Origin: Verrucomicrobiales bacterium
Lineage (GTDB): Bacteria > Verrucomicrobiota > Verrucomicrobiia > Verrucomicrobiales > V1-33
Direction: 5' to 3'
NCBI GenBank assembly: GCA_031411295.1
Contig: JANOAV010000178.1
Span: forward strand, 1 to 22,587
Length of the DNA stretch: 22,587 bases
Below, piece after piece: positions 1 through 9,028 of this stretch; position 1 is the stretch's first letter, and the number at the start of each line of letters is the position of its first letter. The position numbers were made by a program, and so were the translations under genes. The notes beneath the pieces are model-generated. The model did no database searches, was not told the DNA's origin, and saw nothing but the letters and a program-made list of their open reading frames with translations.

Positions 1-117
1 GCCCCATAACCACCCTCAGAAACACGCTCTCGCTACGCCCCAACGCTCGGCTACCCAATGCACCGTCCAGATGCTAACCAGTCCACGAATCACGCTTGCG
101 TTCCGCGGAGCGGCTTT

Positions 118-210
118 GTCCAACAAAACGGATGCAGGCAATGGCTCGAAGGCTATCTGTCGTGTCATCGACGCTTCCCGCTCGCCGTCGCCTGATCCGA
201 AGCGTTAGGC
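118..210 (+). mobile_element. attC: Integron attC recombination site (93 bp)
   Basis: R'' GTCCAAC (118-124, RYYYAAC) and R' GTTAGGC (204-210, GTTRRRY). Inner arms CGGATGCAGGC (129-139) and GCCTGATCCG (190-199) pair except for one extra base, the extrahelical-base signature of attC. An ATG follows 5 nt after R'. Confidence 0.78.
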
Positions 211-215
211 CACAT

Positions 216-713
216 ATGACGCTCCCGGAACAGTCAGTCGTTCTCGTCGAAGCCGTGGAGCAAGAGCTCCTTCGGCAAGAGGACATTGTTCGCTGGGCCG
301 TTGGGGTCATCGTGGCAATGGACACACCGCCGGGATGGGTCATTGACTTGGCCGTTTTGAGTTCGCCGCATCTGGCTGATTTTGTTGCCGTCCTTCGCGA
401 GCACGCATTTGTGCCGATGTCTCTACACCGACGCATTCAGGTTGTGCTTCTTGCCTATTCCACGCGCGCGCTCTCGTTTGCTGACACGTTACCCAAGCTG
501 TTTCGCGTAGTGATGCTTGCGCATCATGGAGCGAGTCGCGATACGCTCGACGAGAGCTTAGCCGATGCTCTGGTTGATTGGGATTCCCAAGAGGACCTGA
601 GCGTGATTGAGCCACCGCTACGCGCGAGGTTTGAGGTATTGTTCCGAGAGTATTTGGCGGATTCACAGGAGGTCGCCACTCTGTTACCACCGAGACATGA
701 AATCGTGGACTAG
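216..713 (+). CDS. Hypothetical protein (165 aa), probable integron gene cassette ORF
   Basis: The ORF track starts at 96, but that extension runs through the attC. ATG 216 (MTLPEQSVV...) lies just after GTTAGGC, as in promoterless cassettes. Plausible helical protein, no recognisable motif. Confidence 0.72.
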   Translation: MTLPEQSVVLVEAVEQELLRQEDIVRWAVGVIVAMDTPPGWVIDLAVLSSPHLADFVAVLREHAFVPMSLHRRIQVVLLAYSTRALSFADTLPKLFRVVMLAHHGASRDTLDESLADALVDWDSQEDLSVIEPPLRARFEVLFREYLADSQEVATLLPPRHEIVD

Positions 714-722
714 CAAATTAGA

Positions 723-751
723 TTAGCATTGGGCGATAGCCCCGATGCTAA
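723..751. other. Hairpin downstream of the cassette ORF (possible terminator or REP-like)
   Basis: TTAGCATTGGG (723-733) pairs with CCCGATGCTAA (741-751) with one G-T pair and a 7-nt loop. It starts 9 nt after the stop codon and has no U-tract. Confidence 0.4.
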
Positions 752-759
752 CCCAGAAA

Positions 760-840
760 GTAGTGCCGGACTTTAGTCCGTGCCGCCAAAGCAGTGCGAT
801 GCTGCCGCCCATCCAGTTACGGACTAAAGCTCATCACTCC
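760..840. repeat. REP doublet (REPIN-like), GTAG/GGAG type
   Basis: GTAG-TGC-CGGACT-TT-AGTCCG (760-780) and an inverted, partly decayed copy CGGACTAAAGCTCATCACTCC (820-840; reverse complement starts GGAG). CTTTAGTCCGT (771-781) and ACGGACTAAAG (819-829) form a perfect 11-bp inverted repeat. Confidence 0.6.
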
Positions 841-1070
841 GCTGCTTCACAAAGGAGCATTTCATGGTGGCAATATCCCACCTCCCGACGCTCCCGCAGC
901 TAGCTCGGGCGACTTTATTTGGCAGGGGGACCCCTTTCCGTGACCTTTACGCGCCCACGCCTCGGCCTCCGTGACCCGTCCGGTGTAAATCGGCCTTTAT
1001 TGCCCCTCCCGCGCCCGTTTTTGATCGCAATATTTGCCTCTGCAACCCCCTCAAACGAGACCGAATCCCA

Positions 1071-1420
1071 AAAATGACCGTCATTTCACCCTTCGCACGC
1101 ACTGCTATTGTTAGGATGACGGTCATTTTATCTGCTGCAAGCCTCGCACCACCCAATCCAGCCCTCATTTCACCCTGCGCGAGCCTTGCAGCACCCAACC
1201 AGACCGTCAGATTACCTGCCGCAAGCCTTGCGGCAGCCGATCTGACCGTCAGAGGAGCTGCTGCCAGCCTTACATCCCCCGATCTGACCGTCATCCTAAC
1301 AATAACAGCACGTGCTCCCGACAATCTGACCGTCATTTTCCGGTGCGCGAGCCTTGCAGCGCCAGATCTGACCGTCATTTTACCCTCCGCAACACCCGCT
1401 TCCTCCCTGCCCCCCGTAAA
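1071..1420. repeat. Degenerate 42-bp tandem array of two alternating palindromic motifs spaced 21 bp apart
   Basis: TGACCGTCA-like motif at 1075, 1117, (1159), 1201, 1243, 1285, 1327 and 1369, exactly 42 bp apart. GCAAGCCTTGC-like motif at 1137, 1179, 1221, 1263 and 1347, centred midway between them. Confidence 0.9.
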
Positions 1421-1803
1421 TTTTCCCTGCCCGAACGCCGTGCCCCCGGATTTCCCCGCCGCATCCTCCTGCGCAGCACCCGACGGCAGGAAGATAGCCC
1501 CCAGATTCCCCTTCGCATCACCCGCGCCCCCCAAATCTAGCACCGTTTCCTGAACAACCACACCGCCCAAGCCCAGCCATGGCTCATTTTCCCTTGTCAT
1601 CATCAGCGGGAGTCCCGCGCATCCGAGCGTAAATCACCAAATTCATTGACGATCCCGCCCCTCGGCGGCTAAATCCCACTATAAAATCACTCCCCTGTGC
1701 AAAAACCGACAAATCTGTCGCCTATAAAGAACCTCGGCAAAAAATCACACTCGCGTCGGTGAGCAACTAGTTCGGCCCAACTCCAGCACGTCACACGCCA
1801 AAC

Positions 1804-1890
1804 ATGAAGCTCGTTTCCATCATATTCACACTGATCTTTACTTTGTCAGCATTGGTAGCGGAGAAGCCTCCCGCGATTGAAGCAGGGTAG
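1804..1890 (+). pseudogene. Remnant ORF encoding little more than a signal peptide (28 aa)
   Basis: MKLVSIIFTLIFTLSALVAEKPPAIEAG*: basic N-region, hydrophobic core and small-residue cleavage region, then TAG. It lies in AT-richer DNA and converges on the end of the GH42-like gene. Confidence 0.4.
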
Positions 1891-1939
1891 CCTATTTTAC
1901 AGTCATCATTTCTACGGCTCATTTACCATCCAAACAAGA

Positions 1940-3967
1940 TTACTTGGCGATGGCTTCCAGCACGTTCGGCACTGCGGTCGGCAGGATGGCCAGGAGGGTA
2001 GGACGCCAGGGATCGACCGTAAGCTTGAGTTTGCCTTGGCCCAGGAGTTTTCCAGCGCGCAAATCATAGCAGTATCCCGCGGGAACCTTGATTTCCACTG
2101 GGAGCGGTTGCTCCATGGATTCATTGCCTCCCGCTTGCGCCAATGATTCGCTCATGGAGTAGGTGATGCCGCGTTCCACGCTGATTAACAGTGCCTTGCC
2201 CAGCGTGTGGCGATAGACTCGCAGACCTGCCTCCGCCGGAAATTCTACGGACGGAGGTCCAGTCAGCTTTGCTTGAATCTGCTTCCGATAAGCTCCTCCG
2301 GCCCCTTTCATCCGGGCTTTCGGGTAATCGGCTGATTCTTCCGAGGCGACTCCCTGGTCCGGAAATGGCGCGCTGGCGCGCAGGGTGCCGTGTTCATCAA
2401 ACATTCCTGTATTTGCATTCATCATCACGATGGTGCCTGCTGCTTGCGCCGCTTTGATGGCCGCTATTTCCGCATTGCTGAGGGCCAAGCATTGCGGAAG
2501 CACGAGCACTCCTTTGGATTTTGGCTTCCAGGTGCTGGTCAATTGCTCCGTGGAGACAAAGCGGGTGGAATAGCCCAAGTCTTGCAGCACCTTGCACCAG
2601 CCATCGCGCGCCTGCGCCATGCGGTTATGCTGTGATTCATAGCTGGAGAAACGCCGCACCCAAGTGGAACCATCCACCGTCGATTCCATCAGCCACCCGA
2701 CCTGTAAGCTTGGTTGGGAATAGAGGATTTCCACCTCGTCCGTCACGCGCTGCGCTTTTAGAAACAGGGCCGCCAACGGGCTCGTCATATCCTTGAGCAC
2801 GCTGCTGATGGCTATTCCACGCGGGGTCAGGGGAAGGTTCGGTTGTTTCCAGTCGATGCAATCCTCGCTCCACCAAACGATGCAGCCCCGATCTCCTTCC
2901 AGCAGCAAATGCCAGAGTCGTCGTGCGGCGGAGTTCCCATTGGGTTCGCCCACCGTGGTAAGAAACGTTTTTCCTGGCATGAACGAACCCAGGATCTCGC
3001 GGGAATTGCAGATGTCATAAGGCTCAATCCAATCCAGCACCTGGCTCAAGCGCCATAAATCATAGCCGCCAAAGGCGCTGGGCATCTGCGTGCCCTCAAT
3101 GCCCACGGGCGTGTGCGGGTCCAGTTGATGGGCCGTTTCCCTCAGGTTGCCCAGCACACGGGCGAGCGATTGATCCATGTAGGTCCGATGATCACACCAC
3201 GGAGCGAAATTCCATCGCGTGAGATCTTTCATCCCGTCTGCGGCGTTGAACTTCAGAGCCGCGAGAGCTTGCCAGTCCGGATTCCCCCGCGGCAGCGCTC
3301 CGCCACCCGATTGACGATTCTTGATTTCATCCGTCGTGAACGGAACGACACTTTCCCAGTTAGGAAATTTGGTTTCCCACTGCGCATTTAGTTTCTCCAG
3401 CGATCCATAAGTCTGCAGCAACCACTTCTGGAAGCCTGCCAGCGCCAGCGGATGGAAATCGTAATCGAACGGGTTGGCAGAAATCGTCGTGGAGAGTTCG
3501 TCGCGAATATCATAGAGCAAGGGACCATGCGCTGCATGGACTTTCACTGCCTCCCGCATCTTGCCATTGGCCTTGGCCAGCCAAGCTGGGTCATCGAAGC
3601 AATACTCCCGCACCATGGCTTCCTTCTTGCGTCCCGTCTTGGTCCAGTTGGTGATGAACGCGTCCCAGTCCTTCACGCCAGAACTCCATTTCAAACAAAG
3701 TCCCTGGTTCACCATATTCTCCACGTAATACGGCATCTTCTGATCAACGAAACGCTGCGGAGAACCATCACCCGTGACCATACCGGAGTTGATTCCCAGT
3801 TCCTTCAATCGTTCCCAAACCACTGCCGCTTGCTCAGGATGTTTCCACACGGAATCGCCCATCCATAGAATCGTCCGATACGATTCCCAAGGCCGAGGGG
3901 AGAATGCGGACTGCGCCCGCACGGTAGCGCAGGACATTATCAGCAGGCAGAGGATGAATTTGTTCAT
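1940..3967 (-). CDS. Secreted GH42-like (beta-galactosidase-like, clan GH-A) glycoside hydrolase with trimerisation-type middle domain (675 aa)
   Basis: Signal peptide MNKFILCLLIMSCATVRA. GH42-type segment FQKWLLQTYGSLEKLNAQWET; acid/base-like YDIRDE; AHQLDPHTPVG; middle-domain motifs VEILYSQPS and VLVLPQCLALS. Start moved from 4027 to ATG 3967. Confidence 0.75.
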   Translation of the reverse strand: MNKFILCLLIMSCATVRAQSAFSPRPWESYRTILWMGDSVWKHPEQAAVVWERLKELGINSGMVTGDGSPQRFVDQKMPYYVENMVNQGLCLKWSSGVKDWDAFITNWTKTGRKKEAMVREYCFDDPAWLAKANGKMREAVKVHAAHGPLLYDIRDELSTTISANPFDYDFHPLALAGFQKWLLQTYGSLEKLNAQWETKFPNWESVVPFTTDEIKNRQSGGGALPRGNPDWQALAALKFNAADGMKDLTRWNFAPWCDHRTYMDQSLARVLGNLRETAHQLDPHTPVGIEGTQMPSAFGGYDLWRLSQVLDWIEPYDICNSREILGSFMPGKTFLTTVGEPNGNSAARRLWHLLLEGDRGCIVWWSEDCIDWKQPNLPLTPRGIAISSVLKDMTSPLAALFLKAQRVTDEVEILYSQPSLQVGWLMESTVDGSTWVRRFSSYESQHNRMAQARDGWCKVLQDLGYSTRFVSTEQLTSTWKPKSKGVLVLPQCLALSNAEIAAIKAAQAAGTIVMMNANTGMFDEHGTLRASAPFPDQGVASEESADYPKARMKGAGGAYRKQIQAKLTGPPSVEFPAEAGLRVYRHTLGKALLISVERGITYSMSESLAQAGGNESMEQPLPVEIKVPAGYCYDLRAGKLLGQGKLKLTVDPWRPTLLAILPTAVPNVLEAIAK

Positions 3968-4042
3968 GCTGCGTTTTAGTGATTTCTTTGGCGTTCGTCC
4001 CGACAATTTTTCCACGCAATCCCGCACGGGAGGAAAGGTGGG

Positions 4043-7000
4043 CTAAAGTTTGTCGCCATTCGCAGCCAAGACCTTGCTCAAATGAGTTCCTCCATCGGCG
4101 GAGTAATAGAGCCCATCCGTGAACACGAGCCACCACTGTTCGCCCAAAGTTTGATCTCCAGCGACCGCAATCAAGCCGCCTTGGGGAATGGTTCCCTGGA
4201 TCGGCAGCCATTGCCATTCGAAGGCCCAGACCTCGCTGCGCGAAAGTCTGCCGGGCACTTCAGGATCGAGCGCCTGGGTGAGGAAGCGCCCGAATTTCTT
4301 ATCCCCCATGGCCGCCGCTGCAACTGCTGTTGTGGGCCGGAACCATTCAAGATGCTTCTGCGGAGGATACAGCGCCATTTGGGAGCCTTGGAAAACTTGC
4401 GTTTGGTAGCCATGGGCCGTGCCGTAGCGCATCTCGTTAACCGATTGCATGGCTTTGTCGAAAGCGACGTTGTAGAATCCTGTGTCCAAGCGTTCATCAG
4501 CCACCGTCAAGGTCTGCACGCCATCATGGGAAACATAGCCGTGAGCCAATTGCACCGCAGTGCTGACGTTGGCTGGTCCGCGTCCGAGTAATTCCATCCA
4601 GCGATCCGGGCAAGTGGTCACACAGAGATGCGTCCTGCCCTTGGCTGGCGCGGGGTAGTGCTTTTCCCAGGGCCAGACCGTGATGGCGGTGATACGTTCC
4701 CCCGCCACGCCTAACTGTTTCCATGTGGTTCCGCTGTCGCTGCTTTTGAAAAATCCGGCAGATTCACAGCCGAGATAAATGATGTCAGGATTTTTCAAAT
4801 CAAACGCGATGATTTCTCCGCATAAGGCCGATGGACCCACGCCATCGAAGTCTCCGGTGAAGTCCAACTTCACCCAATGCTGCCCGCCATCCGCGGTCCT
4901 CCACAGGCTCCCCAGCGGGCCTCGACCGGACGCTCGCAGCATGATGGAAGGATGGTGTGGATGGATTCCCACGCTGCGGACCGCAAGGTCATCGCCCGCG
5001 AGATCGCCATTGGCTGGCGTCCACGTTTTACCGCCGTCCGTGGTTCTCATCAGTCCTCTGGCAGTGGATCTCAGGACTACAATTTTCGCATCGGACCGAG
5101 CGATGACTACCCCGGTCAGCCGATCACCCGCTGTGTGTTGCGCCACAGCCGGGGCTGGGGGAGTGCTGTCGCTGCTAATTCCTGGGCGAATCGTAAACTC
5201 CGAAACACTGGCATGATACTGTGCTCGCGCTTCCTGCGGTAATGCGCTGAAGAAGAGGCCAAGGTCCATGTCTGGGGCTGCTTTCCGGAATTGATAGGCT
5301 CCCAACTCCCATGCTTTCCCATCCACCGAACTCCAAGCGGTCCAGATGTTGCCTTCCCGCATAATGCGCAGCCACGGGCGCCCCTTCGGCAACTCATAGG
5401 AGCTGATGCGACCGGCTCCGAAGTCCGTGAAATCCGCCGATGCGCGCAAGCCATCGCCCGCGGTTTGCACCAGATGGAAATCCTGCCCCCAGCTCCAATT
5501 TCGTTTCTCGCCATGTTCCCGTGCAGTTAGTCCGACCCAAGCCCTGCGGTTCACTGGTTCGCCTTTCGATCCGTTGTAATCATCAATCCTGCAAGTTGCG
5601 GTGAAGTCCCCCGTGAGCTTTTGCGTTACGGTATGCATGCCATTGCCAAAGAAGCGAAACGAGTGCGCTCCCGTCTGCCACAGCCCTGCAGAGGCTTGGT
5701 TGTCGCCCACATTGCGGACGCTCCACGGTGCGTCCACTGGCTTACCAGTGACCTGCAAACTCACGGGTGCCGAATCTACCGTGTGATTCCCATCGAAGCG
5801 GACGCGCGCCCACAGTGTGTTCGTGTTCGCTGGCAGTGGCCCTGAATATTTCAGTGCGGGGCCATCACTGGCGGCTAGCTCAAGCGGGCCTAGAAAGAGC
5901 ACCGTCCGCTGCACGGCATGTCCGTTTGCGGTCACCATGACTGACACATTAGCGGTGCCGTCACCCAAGGCGGTAGCCTGTAACGCGGGGGAGGGATAAT
6001 CCTGCGCGTTGTTGGTGCTCAGTGCCTGTAACCCAATTTCTTGGCGCGGTAAATTCGGGCCTTCCCACTCGACGCGGAAATTATGTCCCGGTAACGCATC
6101 ATAGAGATACGTCAGGGAGATGGCGTGCTCTCCCTGCGCCAGGTGTTGCACCGCGGCCCGTTGCGTGCTGCCATACTGACCATCCCAAAGTAGGGTCGGG
6201 ACCTCATCGATCTCCAGGCGATAGCCCCCGTCAATTTGCGCATGGAAAATATACAAACCGTCTGCGGGCACACGCAGCAGACCTTTGAAGACCAAGGCGT
6301 AGCCAGCGTCCCGCTGTTCCCGCACCCCAATGTCGAATCCCCGGGCCAAGCCTTGTCGCACCAGTTTGCCCTGTGCGATTTCTTCCAGGTGGAGCCAATG
6401 GTGTTGTTCGTTTGGCTTGAGGATTGGTGAATCAAAATAATTCACGATGCGTTTCGTATCTTTATGAAACAATTCGTAGGTCAAACCCGGAAGGGCGGCC
6501 TTGGCTTCTGGGACTTTGCGTGGCGGTGGCAATACTTTGGCAGTGACGATGATGGGGGCCGTGGTTTGATCAAAGACGTCGGTCAGCGTGAAGCGAACGA
6601 CTGGCGTTGCCAAGGTCGATGCGATCAGCGCCTCGCGCTGAGTTGGCATCCGGGCCTCGTGCACGATCTTTGCCGCGCCCGTGCAGGCTGGATTGTCGAA
6701 AACTTCAATCTTGTAGCCCAAGGTGGGAGCGGACGTGGGCGGCACGCTCCAAGTGACGGCTATCTGGGAACCGTTCGTCTGAGCGCTGACATCGTTGACC
6801 ATTGGTTTATCCAAGGTTGGCGTGGATGGTTGCCTGACGGTGAACGTGTGCTTTTGATCGCCTGCCAGCGGTTTGCCGGTTAATTTCTGCGGCAGCAAAT
6901 CAGGTCGCTGGGCATATTCGATGGCGGCAAATTCATGGTCGTCTTCAGTCACGGTATTCACTATCACATACTCAGTCTTGTCGATACTGATGCTGTTACC

Positions 7001-7684
7001 AGACTGCCAGCGACCATCCTTGCGGAAATATCCGAAGCGTCGATGGAGCGAACGCACTGCCTTCTCGCTGGTTAGGGGTTCAATGAAGCCGCTGTTTCCC
7101 GTAAACGACGTGGCTGGAATGGGCAGGCTCGCCAGGGCGATCAGGTGCCATTCGCGTGAAGCCTGATCCTTGATCCAGCGGCCCACCAAGGCCTGCCCCT
7201 CACCTGGAACGGGTTGCCAGACCCGTGCCAGCATGGTGAACCAACGTTGCGATTTAATGAAAGGCCAACTCTCGCCACCGAGCGTGGCGCTTAGTCCCTC
7301 GCCTCCATAGATGTTTTTCAGGAATAAATTCGGGGCAGATTCGATGAATTTGACGGGCGCACCAGTCGCATCGCCACCCCAGAAAGACCACACCGATCCC
7401 GGTTGGAACGCACGCTGAAGATTCTCATCAGGATTGGGCAGGGAACCTGCCGCATCCGGCACCGTGGCGGTGAATCCCGCATAAAACGTCACGTTGTTAG
7501 GCTTGGGGTTGAAGCTGGAATTCCAATTCGCGTAATACGTCCCGGATGGCCACCATGGCCAACGCAGGTCCATCATGATCATGTCCGCTCCGTTCTCAAC
7601 GTTTTCGCTATACCACGTGGCCTCGGCTTGCTGGCAGAGGAGGAATAAGTGCAGTAGCCCGATTTTTATGGCGCGTGGAAACAT
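4043..7684 (-). CDS. Secreted multidomain protein: DUF3472-like N-terminus, PA14, ConA-like beta-sandwich, BNR/Asp-box beta-propeller (1213 aa)
   Basis: Signal peptide ending AEA. PA14 pattern FKGLLRVPADGLYIF...GEHAISLTY...VEWEGP. Asp-boxes RTTDGGKTW, RTADGGQHW, KSSDSGTTW and YSADGG. N-terminal SVWSFW/YGGEG motifs recall DUF3472 (weaker call). Confidence 0.75.
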   Translation of the reverse strand: MFPRAIKIGLLHLFLLCQQAEATWYSENVENGADMIMMDLRWPWWPSGTYYANWNSSFNPKPNNVTFYAGFTATVPDAAGSLPNPDENLQRAFQPGSVWSFWGGDATGAPVKFIESAPNLFLKNIYGGEGLSATLGGESWPFIKSQRWFTMLARVWQPVPGEGQALVGRWIKDQASREWHLIALASLPIPATSFTGNSGFIEPLTSEKAVRSLHRRFGYFRKDGRWQSGNSISIDKTEYVIVNTVTEDDHEFAAIEYAQRPDLLPQKLTGKPLAGDQKHTFTVRQPSTPTLDKPMVNDVSAQTNGSQIAVTWSVPPTSAPTLGYKIEVFDNPACTGAAKIVHEARMPTQREALIASTLATPVVRFTLTDVFDQTTAPIIVTAKVLPPPRKVPEAKAALPGLTYELFHKDTKRIVNYFDSPILKPNEQHHWLHLEEIAQGKLVRQGLARGFDIGVREQRDAGYALVFKGLLRVPADGLYIFHAQIDGGYRLEIDEVPTLLWDGQYGSTQRAAVQHLAQGEHAISLTYLYDALPGHNFRVEWEGPNLPRQEIGLQALSTNNAQDYPSPALQATALGDGTANVSVMVTANGHAVQRTVLFLGPLELAASDGPALKYSGPLPANTNTLWARVRFDGNHTVDSAPVSLQVTGKPVDAPWSVRNVGDNQASAGLWQTGAHSFRFFGNGMHTVTQKLTGDFTATCRIDDYNGSKGEPVNRRAWVGLTAREHGEKRNWSWGQDFHLVQTAGDGLRASADFTDFGAGRISSYELPKGRPWLRIMREGNIWTAWSSVDGKAWELGAYQFRKAAPDMDLGLFFSALPQEARAQYHASVSEFTIRPGISSDSTPPAPAVAQHTAGDRLTGVVIARSDAKIVVLRSTARGLMRTTDGGKTWTPANGDLAGDDLAVRSVGIHPHHPSIMLRASGRGPLGSLWRTADGGQHWVKLDFTGDFDGVGPSALCGEIIAFDLKNPDIIYLGCESAGFFKSSDSGTTWKQLGVAGERITAITVWPWEKHYPAPAKGRTHLCVTTCPDRWMELLGRGPANVSTAVQLAHGYVSHDGVQTLTVADERLDTGFYNVAFDKAMQSVNEMRYGTAHGYQTQVFQGSQMALYPPQKHLEWFRPTTAVAAAAMGDKKFGRFLTQALDPEVPGRLSRSEVWAFEWQWLPIQGTIPQGGLIAVAGDQTLGEQWWLVFTDGLYYSADGGTHLSKVLAANGDKL

Positions 7685-7693
7685 CCGTGAAGC

Positions 7694-9028
7694 TTACTTG
7701 GTCGGATTGGGAACGGAGGGCAGGGCAAGCCCGTTATTTTGCGCCCAAGTGCGCGCTGAGGGCGCGTCGCGCTTCAGCCACTCAGTCATGCCGATGCCCA
7801 CGGAGACGGTGCGTTTGCCCTCGTCGGCCATGTTTGCCGCCCAGGTTAGGGCTCCGGCGGGATCGTTGTCGAAGGTGGCCAGGGCTAAGCCAGAAATGCC
7901 AGCGTCGCGCAACTCACCCGGCGGTTGCCCACTCAGCCAACTGGAGGCAGCGGCGGGATCTTGCTTCGTCCAGTTCCACATCACGCTGCCCAGGGCTTGG
8001 TTGGTGGCCTCGCCTGCGGGCTGATTAACGGTCCACTGGGCTGCCGCCGTAGGCGATTGAATCGTCCATGGTTCGACCACAGATTTTATCAAACCACCAG
8101 TAATTTGGTCCGCAGGAAGTTGCTCCAATTGCTTGGCTGCGGCCAGGGGATCGTGGCTGGCCCATCCGCTCATGGCCCTTTCCATGGCTTTGTGGCGATC
8201 CGCTCCTTCCAGGGATTGCGCCCAAGTGTAAGCTTGTTGGGGCGACTTCTTGGCCCACGCTCCGGCAATGTCTCCGATCACATTTTGCCGCGCCCCACCA
8301 GCCTCCAGTTCGTTCGCCAGCTTGGCCGCGGCGGCGGGATCCGTGCCTGCCAACGTTGCCAGCACTCCCACATACGCCCCGCCCCGCTGGTTCTCGGGCA
8401 GGCTGCGCGCCCATGCCAAGGCGGCAGCGGGATCTTGCCGCACCCATTCTTTGCCTACGGTTCCGGCCAGAATGTGGCCGGCCATGGGAAAGTCCACCAG
8501 CTTGTTATCGCCCGCCATCAACCAAGCGGCGGCACGCTGCGGATCCAACGCGGAGAGACTGGCCAGGATGCTGGCGCTTTCTTCGCCTCGTTTCTTAAAA
8601 TCCAACTGGCTCAGATGGGCGTAGGCCGCATCGGGATGCTCTTTGGCCCAGCGCGTCAGCAACAAATGGCGCACGAGTTTCGCCTCGGGATCCCACTCGG
8701 GCGATTGGTCACTCAGCTCTTTGAGAACGGCTTCGATCATGTGGTCCGGAATCTGTTCGGCATACCCTAACAGCGCGTTCAGCCGACTGGCGGGATCGCG
8801 CTGACTGAGTATTTCCTGCAAGGAAGCAGGCCCGCTCCCGGGGATTTCTGTCGCTGCCGCGCTCGTCATCAGGTGGCCGCCCTCAGTGGTAACAGTGCTG
8901 GACGCGATCTGCTGCCGCTGCAGGCTGGAGAGTTGCTGCAGGGTTTGTTGATGCTGGAAATACTGCACCGCAATGACAGTCAACGCGGCGGCAAGGATTG
9001 CTGGGGTAATTAATTTCGATGGGCTCAT
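7694..9028 (-). CDS. Membrane-anchored or exported helical-repeat hypothetical protein (444 aa)
   Basis: N-terminal hydrophobic segment, then about nine W-[AV]-x-x-[DHS]-P-x-A-A-x-x-W-like repeats (WAKEHPDAAY, WVRQDPAAALAW, WAKKSPQQAYTW, WASHDPLAAA, WTKQDPAAASSW). Only 9 nt separate it from the next gene, suggesting an operon. Confidence 0.85.
   Translation of the reverse strand: MSPSKLITPAILAAALTVIAVQYFQHQQTLQQLSSLQRQQIASSTVTTEGGHLMTSAAATEIPGSGPASLQEILSQRDPASRLNALLGYAEQIPDHMIEAVLKELSDQSPEWDPEAKLVRHLLLTRWAKEHPDAAYAHLSQLDFKKRGEESASILASLSALDPQRAAAWLMAGDNKLVDFPMAGHILAGTVGKEWVRQDPAAALAWARSLPENQRGGAYVGVLATLAGTDPAAAAKLANELEAGGARQNVIGDIAGAWAKKSPQQAYTWAQSLEGADRHKAMERAMSGWASHDPLAAAKQLEQLPADQITGGLIKSVVEPWTIQSPTAAAQWTVNQPAGEATNQALGSVMWNWTKQDPAAASSWLSGQPPGELRDAGISGLALATFDNDPAGALTWAANMADEGKRTVSVGIGMTEWLKRDAPSARTWAQNNGLALPSVPNPTK

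Noticed and set aside
1071..1420. CRISPR array interpretation of either periodic region
   Set aside because: Constant parts are only 9-11 bp, linkers are about 10 bp and partly related, and no cas genes are present.
947..1603. ORFs 947-1603 (-) and 1074-1553 (+) with 14-aa repeats
   Set aside because: They overlap on opposite strands and give similar MTV/LTV repeats because the DNA motifs are palindromic. A DNA-level array explains them better, though translation is not formally excluded.
1646..1687. TTGACG -35-like hexamer
   Set aside because: No good -10 at 16-18 nt spacing (TAAAAT lies about 30 nt away) and no intact gene downstream.
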